Assembly: GCA_041178425.1 (NCBI GenBank)
Contig: JBEGVH010000010.1
Location: forward strand, 143,652 to 207,651
DNA from: Pseudomonadota bacterium
GTDB lineage: Bacteria; Bdellovibrionota; Bdellovibrionia; Bdellovibrionales; Bdellovibrionaceae
Direction of reading: 5' to 3'
Length of the DNA stretch: 64,000 nt
Shown: one piece after another, positions 29,320 through 39,026 of the stretch
Layout of the letters: each line of letters begins with the position of its first letter
Position numbering within the stretch: position 1 is the first letter of the stretch
The notes under the pieces: model-generated
What the model was told of the DNA's origin: nothing
What the model saw: the letters and a program-made list of their open reading frames with translations, nothing else
Databases searched by the model: none
Made by a program: the position numbers and the translations under genes

Positions 29320-31797
29320 ATGAGCAAAACTATCTTCCAAAGCCTCTTTTCTATCTTTTTTTTAATTGTTTCGGCATGTGCCCCTAAAATAAAGAACCAC
29401 CCAATCCCCAACACAAAGCCACTTCTTGGACCCAAGCAAACGGATGTTATTCTTAAATTTAACGGTGACTCTAAGCTCAATGAGAAGCTTCCAGCTTTAA
29501 AAGATCAGACCATGGCGACTGCCGAGCTTCTAAAAACGACTGAGAAGTTAATTCTCCTGAGCTATCAATTAAATAAACCTGCGATGGCCAGATTGTCGCT
29601 CAATTTACATGGGGCTCTCTACAACACTCCAGACGCCATGCAAACGGTCGAGTTTGAACGTAGCCCTTTTGCAGATGCTCTTGTTAAAGAAGCCCAACCC
29701 CAAGTCAGTGAAAAAATTGAATCGATTCTCTTACAACTTGAATCACAGAGACGACTGATTTCGAGTCTGCTTGATGAAAGAACAAATCCTGCGCCAAAAA
29801 ATGCAAGAATAGCATTTATTCATTTTCCTGCCCTTGTGAGAGATCAGCTAAAAAAAGAAATTGCTTATTTGGCCGAGCATAGCGTGGACCCCCTCATCAT
29901 TGAAAGTATCCAAACTGCGGTACAGAAGGAAGTGGAACCCATCTTGTTGAAGTCAGAGCTGCAAATCGCAGACATCTTAAAAGCACCTACGTTTGAGCGA
30001 ACTCTCACAGACCTTGACTCACTATTTGTTACTTTTCAATATGTACCCGAAAAAGCCGTTAAAGAGCAGATAGAGCTCGGACGACAAATCGCTCGATCCA
30101 TTAATAATATGAAAACTGAACAGGCGGCGCTGACCCTTATCGTTCAATTTTGGAGATTGATGAATCCAAAGGAACGCCTAGAAAACTTCAAACCTGCGTC
30201 GGCTGATCTGTATGACTACCTTAAAGACAAAGACGCGGAAGAACTCGATTGCTTGTCCTCAGATAGCTGCCTCGATGTTATTCTTCTCATTGGTAAAAAG
30301 AAGATATTTTCGGGTTTACGAGAATATGGGCTTATAAAGCTACAATCCACCTTCAATACGGGCGCCCAGAAGTTTGTAATCGATCAAATTGAAACAACCC
30401 TCCCAAAAGAAATCTCTGCGATTCCTGTTGAAATGAAAAAACAAATACTCCCACGGCTTGAACAAAAAGCGGTTGATCTAACTCAAATTAAAACTGATTT
30501 TGAAGGCTTTTTAAGACCCCTCCTGAAGGGCTGGGCCAAACAAACTATTTACACTGAACAAGCTCAAACATTGCCTCTCATGGAGAAAAATTCTGTTCGT
30601 GTTTCCATGGAAAATGGACGTTCCTTCGTTACAGGAGTATCTGGAAACGATAATTCTTTTAACTTGCAAACAGTTGGTTCATCGCTAGCAATGACTTCTC
30701 TGTTTTGGAAGATCAATGACAATCATTCCATCGATCGCAACCGCCACGTCATGATGATGAGAAGCATGATCGAGCAAATCAATAAACTTCTTTTGATCTA
30801 CAATCAATTTCCCGCTGCCGAGACCCCTCGATCAAAAAAACAATTCGATGCTTTAGCCAATGGCGAACTAATTAGAGGACTCAGCAGGCTTTCCTACCAC
30901 CTTCGTGATTTCGAACCCACCATCTTTGATTTGCACCTTGGAAGAGTTGAAGTGGGGGAGCTCGCGATTGAATCGCTACCGCAAGAGCTGGCTCAACAGC
31001 AGTTATTTCCTAAAGAAACCTTTTTTGCTCTAGCTATAGGAAATGCTGCGCTCTTACTGAAAAATTTAAATAGTCCGCCAAGTCCTGTCTTCACCGTGAA
31101 CACTGAAGATAAAATCCAATGGTTGGATAAAGCGACCGAAAACCCAGAAACACCAAATGTTATGGCAGGGGTTGTTGATATTATTAATGGCAAAAGATCT
31201 CAGCTGGTCAAAAGCTCCAATTTGTCTAAATTTCTTATCTCTATGATCGAATTCTATCGAGCTACAGAAAAGCTAGATCAGACCCAAGCTCCGAGACTCT
31301 TGGAGAAGAATGGTGATGGCAAATCTAATTTACAAATTATTTTAGAGAGTCGCACCGATATTCGTGGCCTTATTCTTGGCTTATCAAACTTTCTCTCGCA
31401 CCAAATCAAAGGCGCTGATGGAATAACCTTGCACTCAATCAATATTAAGGAATCAATCGTTCGAAATACGGGAGTTATTTATCTCGACGATCAAATAAAT
31501 TCTATCGAAGCACTCCTCGATAGCTACGAACTCCTGCAAACTAACATGTATCTTTGGTCTGCCATTGATACTTTTTATGCCCTAAACAAATCGCTCTGGA
31601 ATTCTTCTGCCGATTTTTATTTTTCTGACTCACAAAAAACTCCAGCAAGTTTTGCCCAGAAAATAGCAACACTCCAAGTAATCTCACGTCTAAAAAATTA
31701 CCTCCCCCCTCAGAGCAAAGAGCAGGCTGAGAGAATTTTGCATATAAACACCCAAGCATTTTCTTCAAAGAGCCATTTTTCTACAAAGAGCCATTAA
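29320..31797 (+). CDS. large lipoprotein with C-terminal (alpha/alpha)6-like segment
   Basis: Lipobox VSAC; YLDDQ..IEALLDSYE.....YL..A......L...LW resembles YyaL/six-hairpin repeats. Confidence 0.65.
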   Translation: MSKTIFQSLFSIFFLIVSACAPKIKNHPIPNTKPLLGPKQTDVILKFNGDSKLNEKLPALKDQTMATAELLKTTEKLILLSYQLNKPAMARLSLNLHGALYNTPDAMQTVEFERSPFADALVKEAQPQVSEKIESILLQLESQRRLISSLLDERTNPAPKNARIAFIHFPALVRDQLKKEIAYLAEHSVDPLIIESIQTAVQKEVEPILLKSELQIADILKAPTFERTLTDLDSLFVTFQYVPEKAVKEQIELGRQIARSINNMKTEQAALTLIVQFWRLMNPKERLENFKPASADLYDYLKDKDAEELDCLSSDSCLDVILLIGKKKIFSGLREYGLIKLQSTFNTGAQKFVIDQIETTLPKEISAIPVEMKKQILPRLEQKAVDLTQIKTDFEGFLRPLLKGWAKQTIYTEQAQTLPLMEKNSVRVSMENGRSFVTGVSGNDNSFNLQTVGSSLAMTSLFWKINDNHSIDRNRHVMMMRSMIEQINKLLLIYNQFPAAETPRSKKQFDALANGELIRGLSRLSYHLRDFEPTIFDLHLGRVEVGELAIESLPQELAQQQLFPKETFFALAIGNAALLLKNLNSPPSPVFTVNTEDKIQWLDKATENPETPNVMAGVVDIINGKRSQLVKSSNLSKFLISMIEFYRATEKLDQTQAPRLLEKNGDGKSNLQIILESRTDIRGLILGLSNFLSHQIKGADGITLHSINIKESIVRNTGVIYLDDQINSIEALLDSYELLQTNMYLWSAIDTFYALNKSLWNSSADFYFSDSQKTPASFAQKIATLQVISRLKNYLPPQSKEQAERILHINTQAFSSKSHFSTKSH

Positions 31798-31950
31798 GGA
31801 AAACTAATGGCGACTCTTCTTGAAATAATCCAAAAAGTACCTTTCTTGACCGTCAGGTACTTGTTTCAAATCTCATGACATTTTCTTGGGTCCTTTGCTT
31901 CTTAAAGCACCTCGATTTGATCTAGAGAGCCCGTAAAATGATTTTGAGCT

Positions 31951-31966
31951 TGGCACGCATTTCGCT
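31951..31966 (+). promoter_or_regulatory. sigma54 (-24/-12) promoter
   Basis: TGGCACGCATTTCGCT, GG-N10-GC, 30 nt before ATG 31996. Confidence 0.7.
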
Positions 31967-31995
31967 TAGCTGGGAAGCTGAGAGAAGGGACTTTT

Positions 31996-32655
31996 ATGAA
32001 AATCACCTCAAATATCGTTCAAGGTAGCCTCGGAATTTTTCTTTTAATAATCGGCCTAGGCTGCGCTAACAGCAATGGTAGAAGTAGCGCCCCTCCGCCG
32101 CCAGTTAACGGTGGCGGCCAATTCCCTGGAGGTCAGTATCCTGGTGGTCAGTACCCAGGTGGTCAATATCCCGGAGGTCAGTACCCAGGTGGTCAATACG
32201 GAACAATGTGCTCTTCGGGGCAAGTGATGATTGGTTCTGTTGGCTGTGTTCCTCAGGGAAGCTGCCCTGCCAATTACGGTTTTTATAACAATCAATGTGT
32301 GGCCGGAACAATGGGTGGATACAACCAGGGTGGCTATAATCAAGGGGGCTATCAATATGGTGCTGGCGCTTGCTCTGCGGGCCAAATCTATACCTATTAT
32401 GGATGCCTACCTACAGCGGGTTGCCCTGCTAACCAAGCTATGTATAACAACTCTTGCATCCCTGCAATGACCACAGGTGGTTACGGCAATACCAATACTT
32501 CCTACAATGGCTACTACTCTTACCCGGGTTACTATGGAAACGGATACTACGGAAACGGTGGGTACGGAAATTACAATTCACCCTATGGCGGCTATAACTA
32601 CTACTACTCCGTTCCACAAGTGAACCCATACTTTGGTTTTTCTTTCGGACTATAA
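31996..32655 (+). CDS. Gly/Tyr/Gln-rich, Cys-repeat lipoprotein
   Basis: Lipobox GLGC; (PGGQY)x5; two 4-Cys modules; Tyr/Gly/Asn-rich tail. Confidence 0.75.
   Translation: MKITSNIVQGSLGIFLLIIGLGCANSNGRSSAPPPPVNGGGQFPGGQYPGGQYPGGQYPGGQYPGGQYGTMCSSGQVMIGSVGCVPQGSCPANYGFYNNQCVAGTMGGYNQGGYNQGGYQYGAGACSAGQIYTYYGCLPTAGCPANQAMYNNSCIPAMTTGGYGNTNTSYNGYYSYPGYYGNGYYGNGGYGNYNSPYGGYNYYYSVPQVNPYFGFSFGL
32125..32199 (+). repeat. 5 x 15-bp coding tandem repeat (PGGQY)
   Basis: Five CCN GGN GGT CAR TAY units with synonymous variation. Confidence 0.9.
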
Positions 32656-32679
32656 ATTAATTTTCTATTTTATTTTAAG

Positions 32680-32709
32680 GCCCCTACAATCAGTGGGGGC
32701 TTTTTTTTT
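32680..32709 (+). terminator. intrinsic terminator
   Basis: GCCCCTAC-AATCA-GTGGGGGC followed by T9. Confidence 0.8.
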
Positions 32710-32714
32710 GGATT

Positions 32715-33290
32715 CTACCTTACTAATTCTTGGTAAATTGCCAATAAGGCTTCTGAAGCAGGTTTTAGGTTTTCAATCCAGTCTTTGTGAGCATTGTCGT
32801 CAGAACCATCAGTGATATATTTGAAGGAGTGAAAAGCAATACCGAGTTTTTTACAAACCTTCGCAATAGCGTAGGCTTCCATATCAACGAGATCACACTC
32901 TAACTTGGGCGAAGAAATTTCAAAAACATCGCCAGTTCCACAGATCCCTTTTTGACGTTGCGAAATGGGCTCCACCAATAACTTGCCTGCAATTGGATCT
33001 TGAGGCGTTTCTCCTCTTGGAAAACCCAGTGGAGATAAATCCATGTCTCGCTGAACAAATCCGACACATTCAATGAGACTATGAGTCGGAAACTTATGAC
33101 TACCTGCTGTTCCTAAGTTTAATACTTGTTTCACTGAACGAGTCATCAGGAGTTCCGTCGCCTTGAACGCTGCATTCACTTTTCCAATACCGCAATAATG
33201 AACCTCGATGCCCGCTTTTTCAAAAGCTCTCTGAGACTCGATGGGTAAGGCCATTATCAATACGGTTTCTTCTGATCTTAGAATTTTCAT
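32715..33290 (-). CDS. MTA/SAH nucleosidase-like protein (PNP_UDP_1 family)
   Basis: GIGKVNAA, NLGTAG, TGD.F, VDMEAYA and KYITD motifs. Confidence 0.88.
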   Translation of the reverse strand: MKILRSEETVLIMALPIESQRAFEKAGIEVHYCGIGKVNAAFKATELLMTRSVKQVLNLGTAGSHKFPTHSLIECVGFVQRDMDLSPLGFPRGETPQDPIAGKLLVEPISQRQKGICGTGDVFEISSPKLECDLVDMEAYAIAKVCKKLGIAFHSFKYITDGSDDNAHKDWIENLKPASEALLAIYQELVR

Positions 33291-33475
33291 TCTGATTTCA
33301 TAATCGAGAACTCATCCATCGTCTAGGGCAATAGTCTGCCGATGAAGTGACTTCATCGGTTCTATGCAAATTTGCAAAAAACCAGACTGCCCCCGATTGC
33401 TCGAAAACAATAAACTACTGATGAGGCTAGACGGCCATACGACATTTTCTTTCGCTCTTTAAAGAGGGAGACGAC

Positions 33476-35170
33476 TTGCGCTTTTTTCAACGAGGCCTAA
33501 GAGCCAGAATCATTTTTATAGTTTTAACCAGTCACTCAGTTTGCTGGGGTGACGCTGACCCTAGCAAATTAAAAATATACTTCTTCAAACAGCCTATCCA
33601 AGCCCCCGTCTGGGCCCGTGACGACTCTGGAACCTGGAAACAAACTGAAAAGGTAATGTTTTTTCGAGAGGGACAATACTTTAAAGTGGACGGAGTCTCC
33701 GACAATGGCACCTTATGGGTAAAATCGTATACGGATAACGGCTACGAGGTTGTGGGAATTACTCCCGAAATGGCAAAAGGAAATAATCTTACGAACAGAC
33801 CTTTCCAAAAAGAAACCCCTCCGTCTGACGCTGGAAGCTCCGATGCTCAGACCAATGTAAAAGTAGTAGAGCGTCTCGAATCGGGGCCAGGAAATCTCAT
33901 TAGACGATGGATGGGCCACAAAGGTATTGAAGATGCTCAGGTGTACTTTGATGCGACGGCTGGAAGACGAGTGGCCTTGATGGCCGATCCAGGAGGCCAT
34001 GCGTGTCGGCCCGAGGCAAAAGAAAAAGATCCCTGTGTTGCTTGGCCTTCTACGGCCGATAGCCTTCAGATTCTTGACTCAACAATCAAAGTCACTACCG
34101 ACCCAGTCACGGGTCAAACATCGCCTAAACTTTTTTATAAGGTGCAAACAACGTATTGCCCTTCAGGCCCAAAAGAAAAGTGCAGCGAACCCCTTCAGAA
34201 AAATAAAGTTGGATGGATTGAAGCCCGAAGAGTGGGACCAACCAAACGAGATATTCCCGCCAATAGTGATTTAGCAAAAGATTCGAAATTCAACACAACT
34301 ATCAACGGAGTTGCTTCATCCGATAAACCATGTCCAGATCCAATGACCAAGCAAATAAGCAGCCTAAAAGAAGTTGCGAAGGCTGCCAACGATGACTTCG
34401 ATTCAAAATATACTTGGAAAATCGGACAATGCCTCATCTCGGGGAACAACAAAAATTATGGAGAACTGACTAAAAAGTTTTTTTCCGAGGCCCCCAAAAG
34501 AAGTAGTAGCCCCGTTGCTCTGGTAAAAAACCAAAAGAACCAGAGTGGCACCGATGATAAGTTAGCAACGGATCAACAACTTTATGAAATCGATGTTTTA
34601 GCGCGAACACTTTTTGGAGAAATGAGAAGCTGTAACGAACAGTCTCCTGTTTATTATAAAGCAGTTGCACGAGTGCTACTGAATAGAGCGGCCATCGTAA
34701 AGTCAGAGGGTTTCACCCCGCCCTTCGTAAACCAAAAATCAAAGAGTGCTAAAACCAGTTCCGACGAACATCAACTCATGGCCGATGTCGCCTCCTCTCG
34801 TCTTCAAATTTCTTCTTGGAACTCGAAAGATCCAAATATCAGAGTCAACCTTTGCCCCGGCCTGGAAACAGTCTCAGAAGAAGGAAAAGATGCTTGGACT
34901 AATGCCGTTAGGGTGGCGGCCGACGTCGTCTTACATAAAGAAAAATTTCTCAAGGAGACCAAAGAAATTACCCACACCCACTACACATCAGGCATGATTC
35001 CCTCCTGGAGCAAACAAAAGAAACGCCAAGTTTCTTTTAAGATTGATGGCAAAACATACTCAAATAGCAATTGTTTGATTCTCTGGGCCGATGGCTTCAA
35101 TAAAAAAATTGAGCGTCTCGATGATAAGCCTTTAGACTTTGTCAGCAGCGGCGATGAGCCCGCTGGCTAA
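33476..35170 (+). CDS. secreted protein with C-terminal SleB-like (Hydrolase_2) cell-wall hydrolase domain
   Basis: Signal-like N-terminus; LARTLFGEMR, AVARVLLNR, QISSWN and THY motifs. Confidence 0.7.
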   Translation: MRFFQRGLRARIIFIVLTSHSVCWGDADPSKLKIYFFKQPIQAPVWARDDSGTWKQTEKVMFFREGQYFKVDGVSDNGTLWVKSYTDNGYEVVGITPEMAKGNNLTNRPFQKETPPSDAGSSDAQTNVKVVERLESGPGNLIRRWMGHKGIEDAQVYFDATAGRRVALMADPGGHACRPEAKEKDPCVAWPSTADSLQILDSTIKVTTDPVTGQTSPKLFYKVQTTYCPSGPKEKCSEPLQKNKVGWIEARRVGPTKRDIPANSDLAKDSKFNTTINGVASSDKPCPDPMTKQISSLKEVAKAANDDFDSKYTWKIGQCLISGNNKNYGELTKKFFSEAPKRSSSPVALVKNQKNQSGTDDKLATDQQLYEIDVLARTLFGEMRSCNEQSPVYYKAVARVLLNRAAIVKSEGFTPPFVNQKSKSAKTSSDEHQLMADVASSRLQISSWNSKDPNIRVNLCPGLETVSEEGKDAWTNAVRVAADVVLHKEKFLKETKEITHTHYTSGMIPSWSKQKKRQVSFKIDGKTYSNSNCLILWADGFNKKIERLDDKPLDFVSSGDEPAG

Positions 35171-35178
35171 TCTCGTAT

Positions 35179-35208
35179 AAAAAAACCCGCACAAGGCGGG
35201 TTCTTTTT
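35179..35208. terminator. bidirectional intrinsic terminator
   Basis: A-run-AACCCGC-ACAAG-GCGGGTT-T-run between convergent hydrolase gene and tRNA. Confidence 0.8.
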
Positions 35209-35284
35209 GGTAGGGGGCGAGGGACTTGAACCCCCGATCCTCGGATTATGAGACCGATGCTTTAACCAACTAAGCTAGCCCCCC
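35208..35284 (-). tRNA. tRNA with CAT anticodon (Ile2 or elongator Met; not initiator)
   Basis: GGGGGGCTAGCTTAGTTGGTTAAAGC...CTCATAA...GTTCAAGTC...GCCCCCTACCA; 77 nt with encoded CCA. Confidence 0.92.
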
Positions 35285-35304
35285 CTTATTGATCGTTGAT
35301 AGGT

Positions 35305-37119
35305 CTAGCTATCAACGAATGTTTTTAATTTATTCGATCGGCTCGGATGACGCAACTTTCGGAGCGCCTTGGCTTCGATTTGACGAATACGCTCTCTCGT
35401 TACGTTGAAGTCTTGTCCAACTTCCTCAAGGGTATGGTCACTCTCTTCACCTATACCGAAGCGCATACGCAAAACTTTTTCTTCTCTTGGAGTGAGCGTG
35501 GCTAAAACACGACGGCACTGCTCAGCGAGGTTTAAGTTCACAATGGCTTCTGCAGGATTAATCACCTTTTTATCTTCGATAAAATCACCCAAGTGCGAGT
35601 CTTCTTCTTCACCCACTGGAGTTTCTAAGCTGATTGGCTCTTTTGCAATTTTGAGAACCTTACGAACTTTATCAACCGGCATGTCCATTTTCTCGGCAAT
35701 CTCTTCAGGGATTGGCTCGCGGCCGAGTTCCTGAACTAGGTAACGAGAGGTTCGAACAAGCTTATTGATCGTTTCGATCATATGCACAGGGATACGGATT
35801 GTTCTTGCTTGGTCAGCGATGGCACGAGTGATTGCCTGACGAATCCACCAAGTCGCATACGTAGAAAACTTATAACCTCTTCGGTATTCAAATTTATCAA
35901 CGGCTTTCATCAAACCGATGTTGCCTTCTTGGATTAAATCCAAGAACTGAAGCCCGCGGTTTGTGTATTTCTTGGCAATCGAAACCACCAAGCGAAGGTT
36001 CGCCTCTACGAGTTCTGCTTTCGCAGCGTCAGCCGCGCGCTCACCCTTCCAAATGGCCGTGTAAGTTTCTTTGATCCACGTAAAATTCATCTCAGTTTCT
36101 TTTTCAAGACGGTTCAGTCGCGTCTCGGCCTCTTGGGCCGAAAGGACATAGCCTCTGAACTTGTGAAAGCTAAGACCTGTTTCACGATTCATTCGAGTTA
36201 ATTCTTTTTCGTTAGATTCAACCACTCTTAGACGCTCAACCATTGCCGTCGTGTCTTTTGAGAAAGTTCGTTCAACACCCTCTTTGATTCGACGACGTAG
36301 ACTGCTCATTCGCGAAACAAGGTTTTTGAATTTAATCACAACACGGTTAATCGTCTTACGATTGAAGTTAACACTTTCGAAGCTCTTCATGAGTTGAGCA
36401 TTCATCACTTCGAGGGCTTTTTGTGCCTCTTGTTTTTTTGCATAGGAGTTGTCTTCTTTACGCAAAACTTCAAAATAAGGAAGCGCTGCTTTTTGATACT
36501 CAGTCACACGACCGATGAGTTCATGAATCTTTTGAATATACTCTTGCTCATCATACTGTGTGTCTTCATCTTCAAGACCTCGAAAGATGGCCTTAACTTT
36601 GATACGTCCTTCATCTAAACGACGACCGAGGTTAATAATTTCGTAGGTTCCAAGTGGCGAGAGTAAAATCGCACGAACAATCTCGCGCTCCCCGTCTTCA
36701 ATACGACGAGCAATTTCAACTTCCCCTTCACGGGTCAAAAGCGAAACACTTCCCATCTTGCGAAGGTAGAGTCGAACTGGATCATTCCCACGAACATCTT
36801 CTGCTTCAGCTTGTTCCGCTTCTTCTTCTTCTTCTTCTTCAGAGTCAACATCGGCGAGGAATCCAGCGCCCTCTTCTTCAGACCCTTTTTCGGTATGATC
36901 TGTAATAACCACACCGTTGACTTCCAAGGCTTGCATAAAAGAATCCAAAACCGTTGGAGACTGAATCTCGGGAGGTAGCTGCTCATTGATCTCTTCGATT
37001 GTAAGAGCACCTTTGTCTTTTGCCATTTTCAAGAAGCGGGTGATTTCTTCTTTAATCAACACTTCTTGTTCTGCTACTGGCATCTTCATGAGTAGCTCTG
37101 TCTTTTTTGTACTTTTCAT
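35305..37119 (-). CDS. rpoD: RNA polymerase primary sigma factor
   Basis: [29 protein letters not shown] and TRERIRQIE motifs. Confidence 0.98.
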   Translation of the reverse strand: MKSTKKTELLMKMPVAEQEVLIKEEITRFLKMAKDKGALTIEEINEQLPPEIQSPTVLDSFMQALEVNGVVITDHTEKGSEEEGAGFLADVDSEEEEEEEAEQAEAEDVRGNDPVRLYLRKMGSVSLLTREGEVEIARRIEDGEREIVRAILLSPLGTYEIINLGRRLDEGRIKVKAIFRGLEDEDTQYDEQEYIQKIHELIGRVTEYQKAALPYFEVLRKEDNSYAKKQEAQKALEVMNAQLMKSFESVNFNRKTINRVVIKFKNLVSRMSSLRRRIKEGVERTFSKDTTAMVERLRVVESNEKELTRMNRETGLSFHKFRGYVLSAQEAETRLNRLEKETEMNFTWIKETYTAIWKGERAADAAKAELVEANLRLVVSIAKKYTNRGLQFLDLIQEGNIGLMKAVDKFEYRRGYKFSTYATWWIRQAITRAIADQARTIRIPVHMIETINKLVRTSRYLVQELGREPIPEEIAEKMDMPVDKVRKVLKIAKEPISLETPVGEEEDSHLGDFIEDKKVINPAEAIVNLNLAEQCRRVLATLTPREEKVLRMRFGIGEESDHTLEEVGQDFNVTRERIRQIEAKALRKLRHPSRSNKLKTFVDS

Positions 37120-37154
37120 GCTTTCTCCACTCTGAAAAAGCTATTGGTTCATCT

Positions 37155-39011
37155 TTAAGGAATTTGGTTTAGCCAACGTAAGCGATCTTTTTGTAGGCTA
37201 GCGAGCCGTTCCCATTTCTCTTGGGTCGCATTCTGCTTCAATTCTTGAGCCAAGTTTTTGATTTCGAGGTCAAGGTGATGAAGTCGTACTTTGCGTAAAC
37301 AATCTGTTAAGAGCCTCGCCTCCCCTTCACTATCTCCTGTTGGCAAATCTCTTACGAGCGCCGTCAAGAGGTCAGGATTCAAAATTTCATTGGTTATTAA
37401 AACGAACAAATTATCAGAGGGCAAGTCACTTTGTCCAGTGAGAGTCATAGCTCTCTCAAAAACTTGGCGAACTCCAGAATGGCTTAACTGAGCTTTCTCC
37501 TCTGCTTGCAAAATTCGGTCCCGAACAGTGCTCTGAGGATTGAGAAACAACGCCAAAATCAATAATTCCCACTTAGAAGCCCCTTGCAGGTTAATTTTTG
37601 TGTTTTCTTCATCCGATTTTAGAGTGCCTAGAGTTGAATTTGAGGAAATTGCTGTCGGTTCTGCCGTCGCATTAGGCCTCTGCTGACCCACAACTGTGGT
37701 ATTTACTTTTGCATCAGTGATGGCTCGCCGCATCCAAGCATTGTCCACACCCAATCGCTGTCCCAGTTCTTTGACGTATAATTCTTTCAAGGATCTTTCC
37801 TTGAGAACCGTCAAAAGCGGACGCACCCGCTGAACCATCCTCACCTTATCGGTTGGCCCACCCTGAAATCCCTCCATCCAGCGGCGCAAAATGAGGCTAA
37901 AGAGGTCGGGCGCTTGAGCCAACTGTTCTGTCATTTTGGCTTCACCATGTGCTAACAAAAACTCATCGGGATCTTGCCCCTCGGGGAGCGTTAATCCCTT
38001 TGGATACAAACCTGCCTCAAAAAGGATTGGTAAACTTTTTTCCGCAGCTTTTTGTCCGGCATCATCACCATCAAAAAGTACAATTACATTTTTGGTCATT
38101 CTAGCCAAAATGCGACATTGTTCAAGAGTCAACGCCGTTCCAAGAGGCGCTACCACGTTTTTAAACCCCGCTTGATGCAAGGCAATTAAGTCCATGTACC
38201 CCTCAACAATAATCGCTGAGTCATCACTTCGAATATACCGACTCGATTGTTGCAATCCATAAAGGGAACGCCCCTTGTGAAATAACGGCGACTCTGGACT
38301 ATTAATATATTTTGGTTGCCCCTCACCAAGAATACGACCACCAAATCCGATCACCTCACCAATCTGATTGGTAATGGTAAACATCAATCGATCTCGAAAC
38401 AAATCATAGTAACCACCAGAATCACGACGCTTTACCAAGCCTAACTCTTCTGCCAGAGACAACGAGTGACCGCGCTGGCGAAGATAGTTTGCAAGCCCCT
38501 CCCAATCTTCGCTGGCATAACCAACCATGAATGTTTCTATAGACTCGGCTTTTAAATATCTTTGGTGCGTGTACTCACGAACGGGATGCGAGGTAGGTAA
38601 TTTTTTATAATTATCGGTAAAATATTTGGCCGCTTCTTTGTTGATTTCAATAAGGGCTTTTTTTCTTTGGGCCTCTTTTTGCTCTTGAGTGGCTGAGTAA
38701 TTATCTTGAACAGGCAGTGGAATGCTAGCGCGCTCAGCCAAATACTCAATGGCCTCTGGAAAACTCATTCCCTGAAATTGCTGCAAAAACGTAAAAACAT
38801 TTCCGCCTTTTTTGCAGCCAAAGCAATGGTAAAGTTGTTTATCTACGGAGACGTGAAAACTAGCGGTCTTTTCTTTATGATCAGGGAAGGGACACCTTCC
38901 CACTAGATCTTTGCCTGCTGGCTTCAATACAGTATACTGCGAAAGAATATCGGCTAACTGTGAAGCCGAAATTACTTTATCTACAAACTCTCTTGAAAAC
39001 CGCACGGCCAT
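37155..39011 (-). CDS. dnaG: DNA primase
   Basis: CPF..H zinc finger, KYINSPE, VEGYMD and FDGD (TOPRIM) motifs. Confidence 0.97.
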   Translation of the reverse strand: MAVRFSREFVDKVISASQLADILSQYTVLKPAGKDLVGRCPFPDHKEKTASFHVSVDKQLYHCFGCKKGGNVFTFLQQFQGMSFPEAIEYLAERASIPLPVQDNYSATQEQKEAQRKKALIEINKEAAKYFTDNYKKLPTSHPVREYTHQRYLKAESIETFMVGYASEDWEGLANYLRQRGHSLSLAEELGLVKRRDSGGYYDLFRDRLMFTITNQIGEVIGFGGRILGEGQPKYINSPESPLFHKGRSLYGLQQSSRYIRSDDSAIIVEGYMDLIALHQAGFKNVVAPLGTALTLEQCRILARMTKNVIVLFDGDDAGQKAAEKSLPILFEAGLYPKGLTLPEGQDPDEFLLAHGEAKMTEQLAQAPDLFSLILRRWMEGFQGGPTDKVRMVQRVRPLLTVLKERSLKELYVKELGQRLGVDNAWMRRAITDAKVNTTVVGQQRPNATAEPTAISSNSTLGTLKSDEENTKINLQGASKWELLILALFLNPQSTVRDRILQAEEKAQLSHSGVRQVFERAMTLTGQSDLPSDNLFVLITNEILNPDLLTALVRDLPTGDSEGEARLLTDCLRKVRLHHLDLEIKNLAQELKQNATQEKWERLASLQKDRLRWLNQIP

Positions 39012-39026
39012 TCCTATTGAGCCAGA

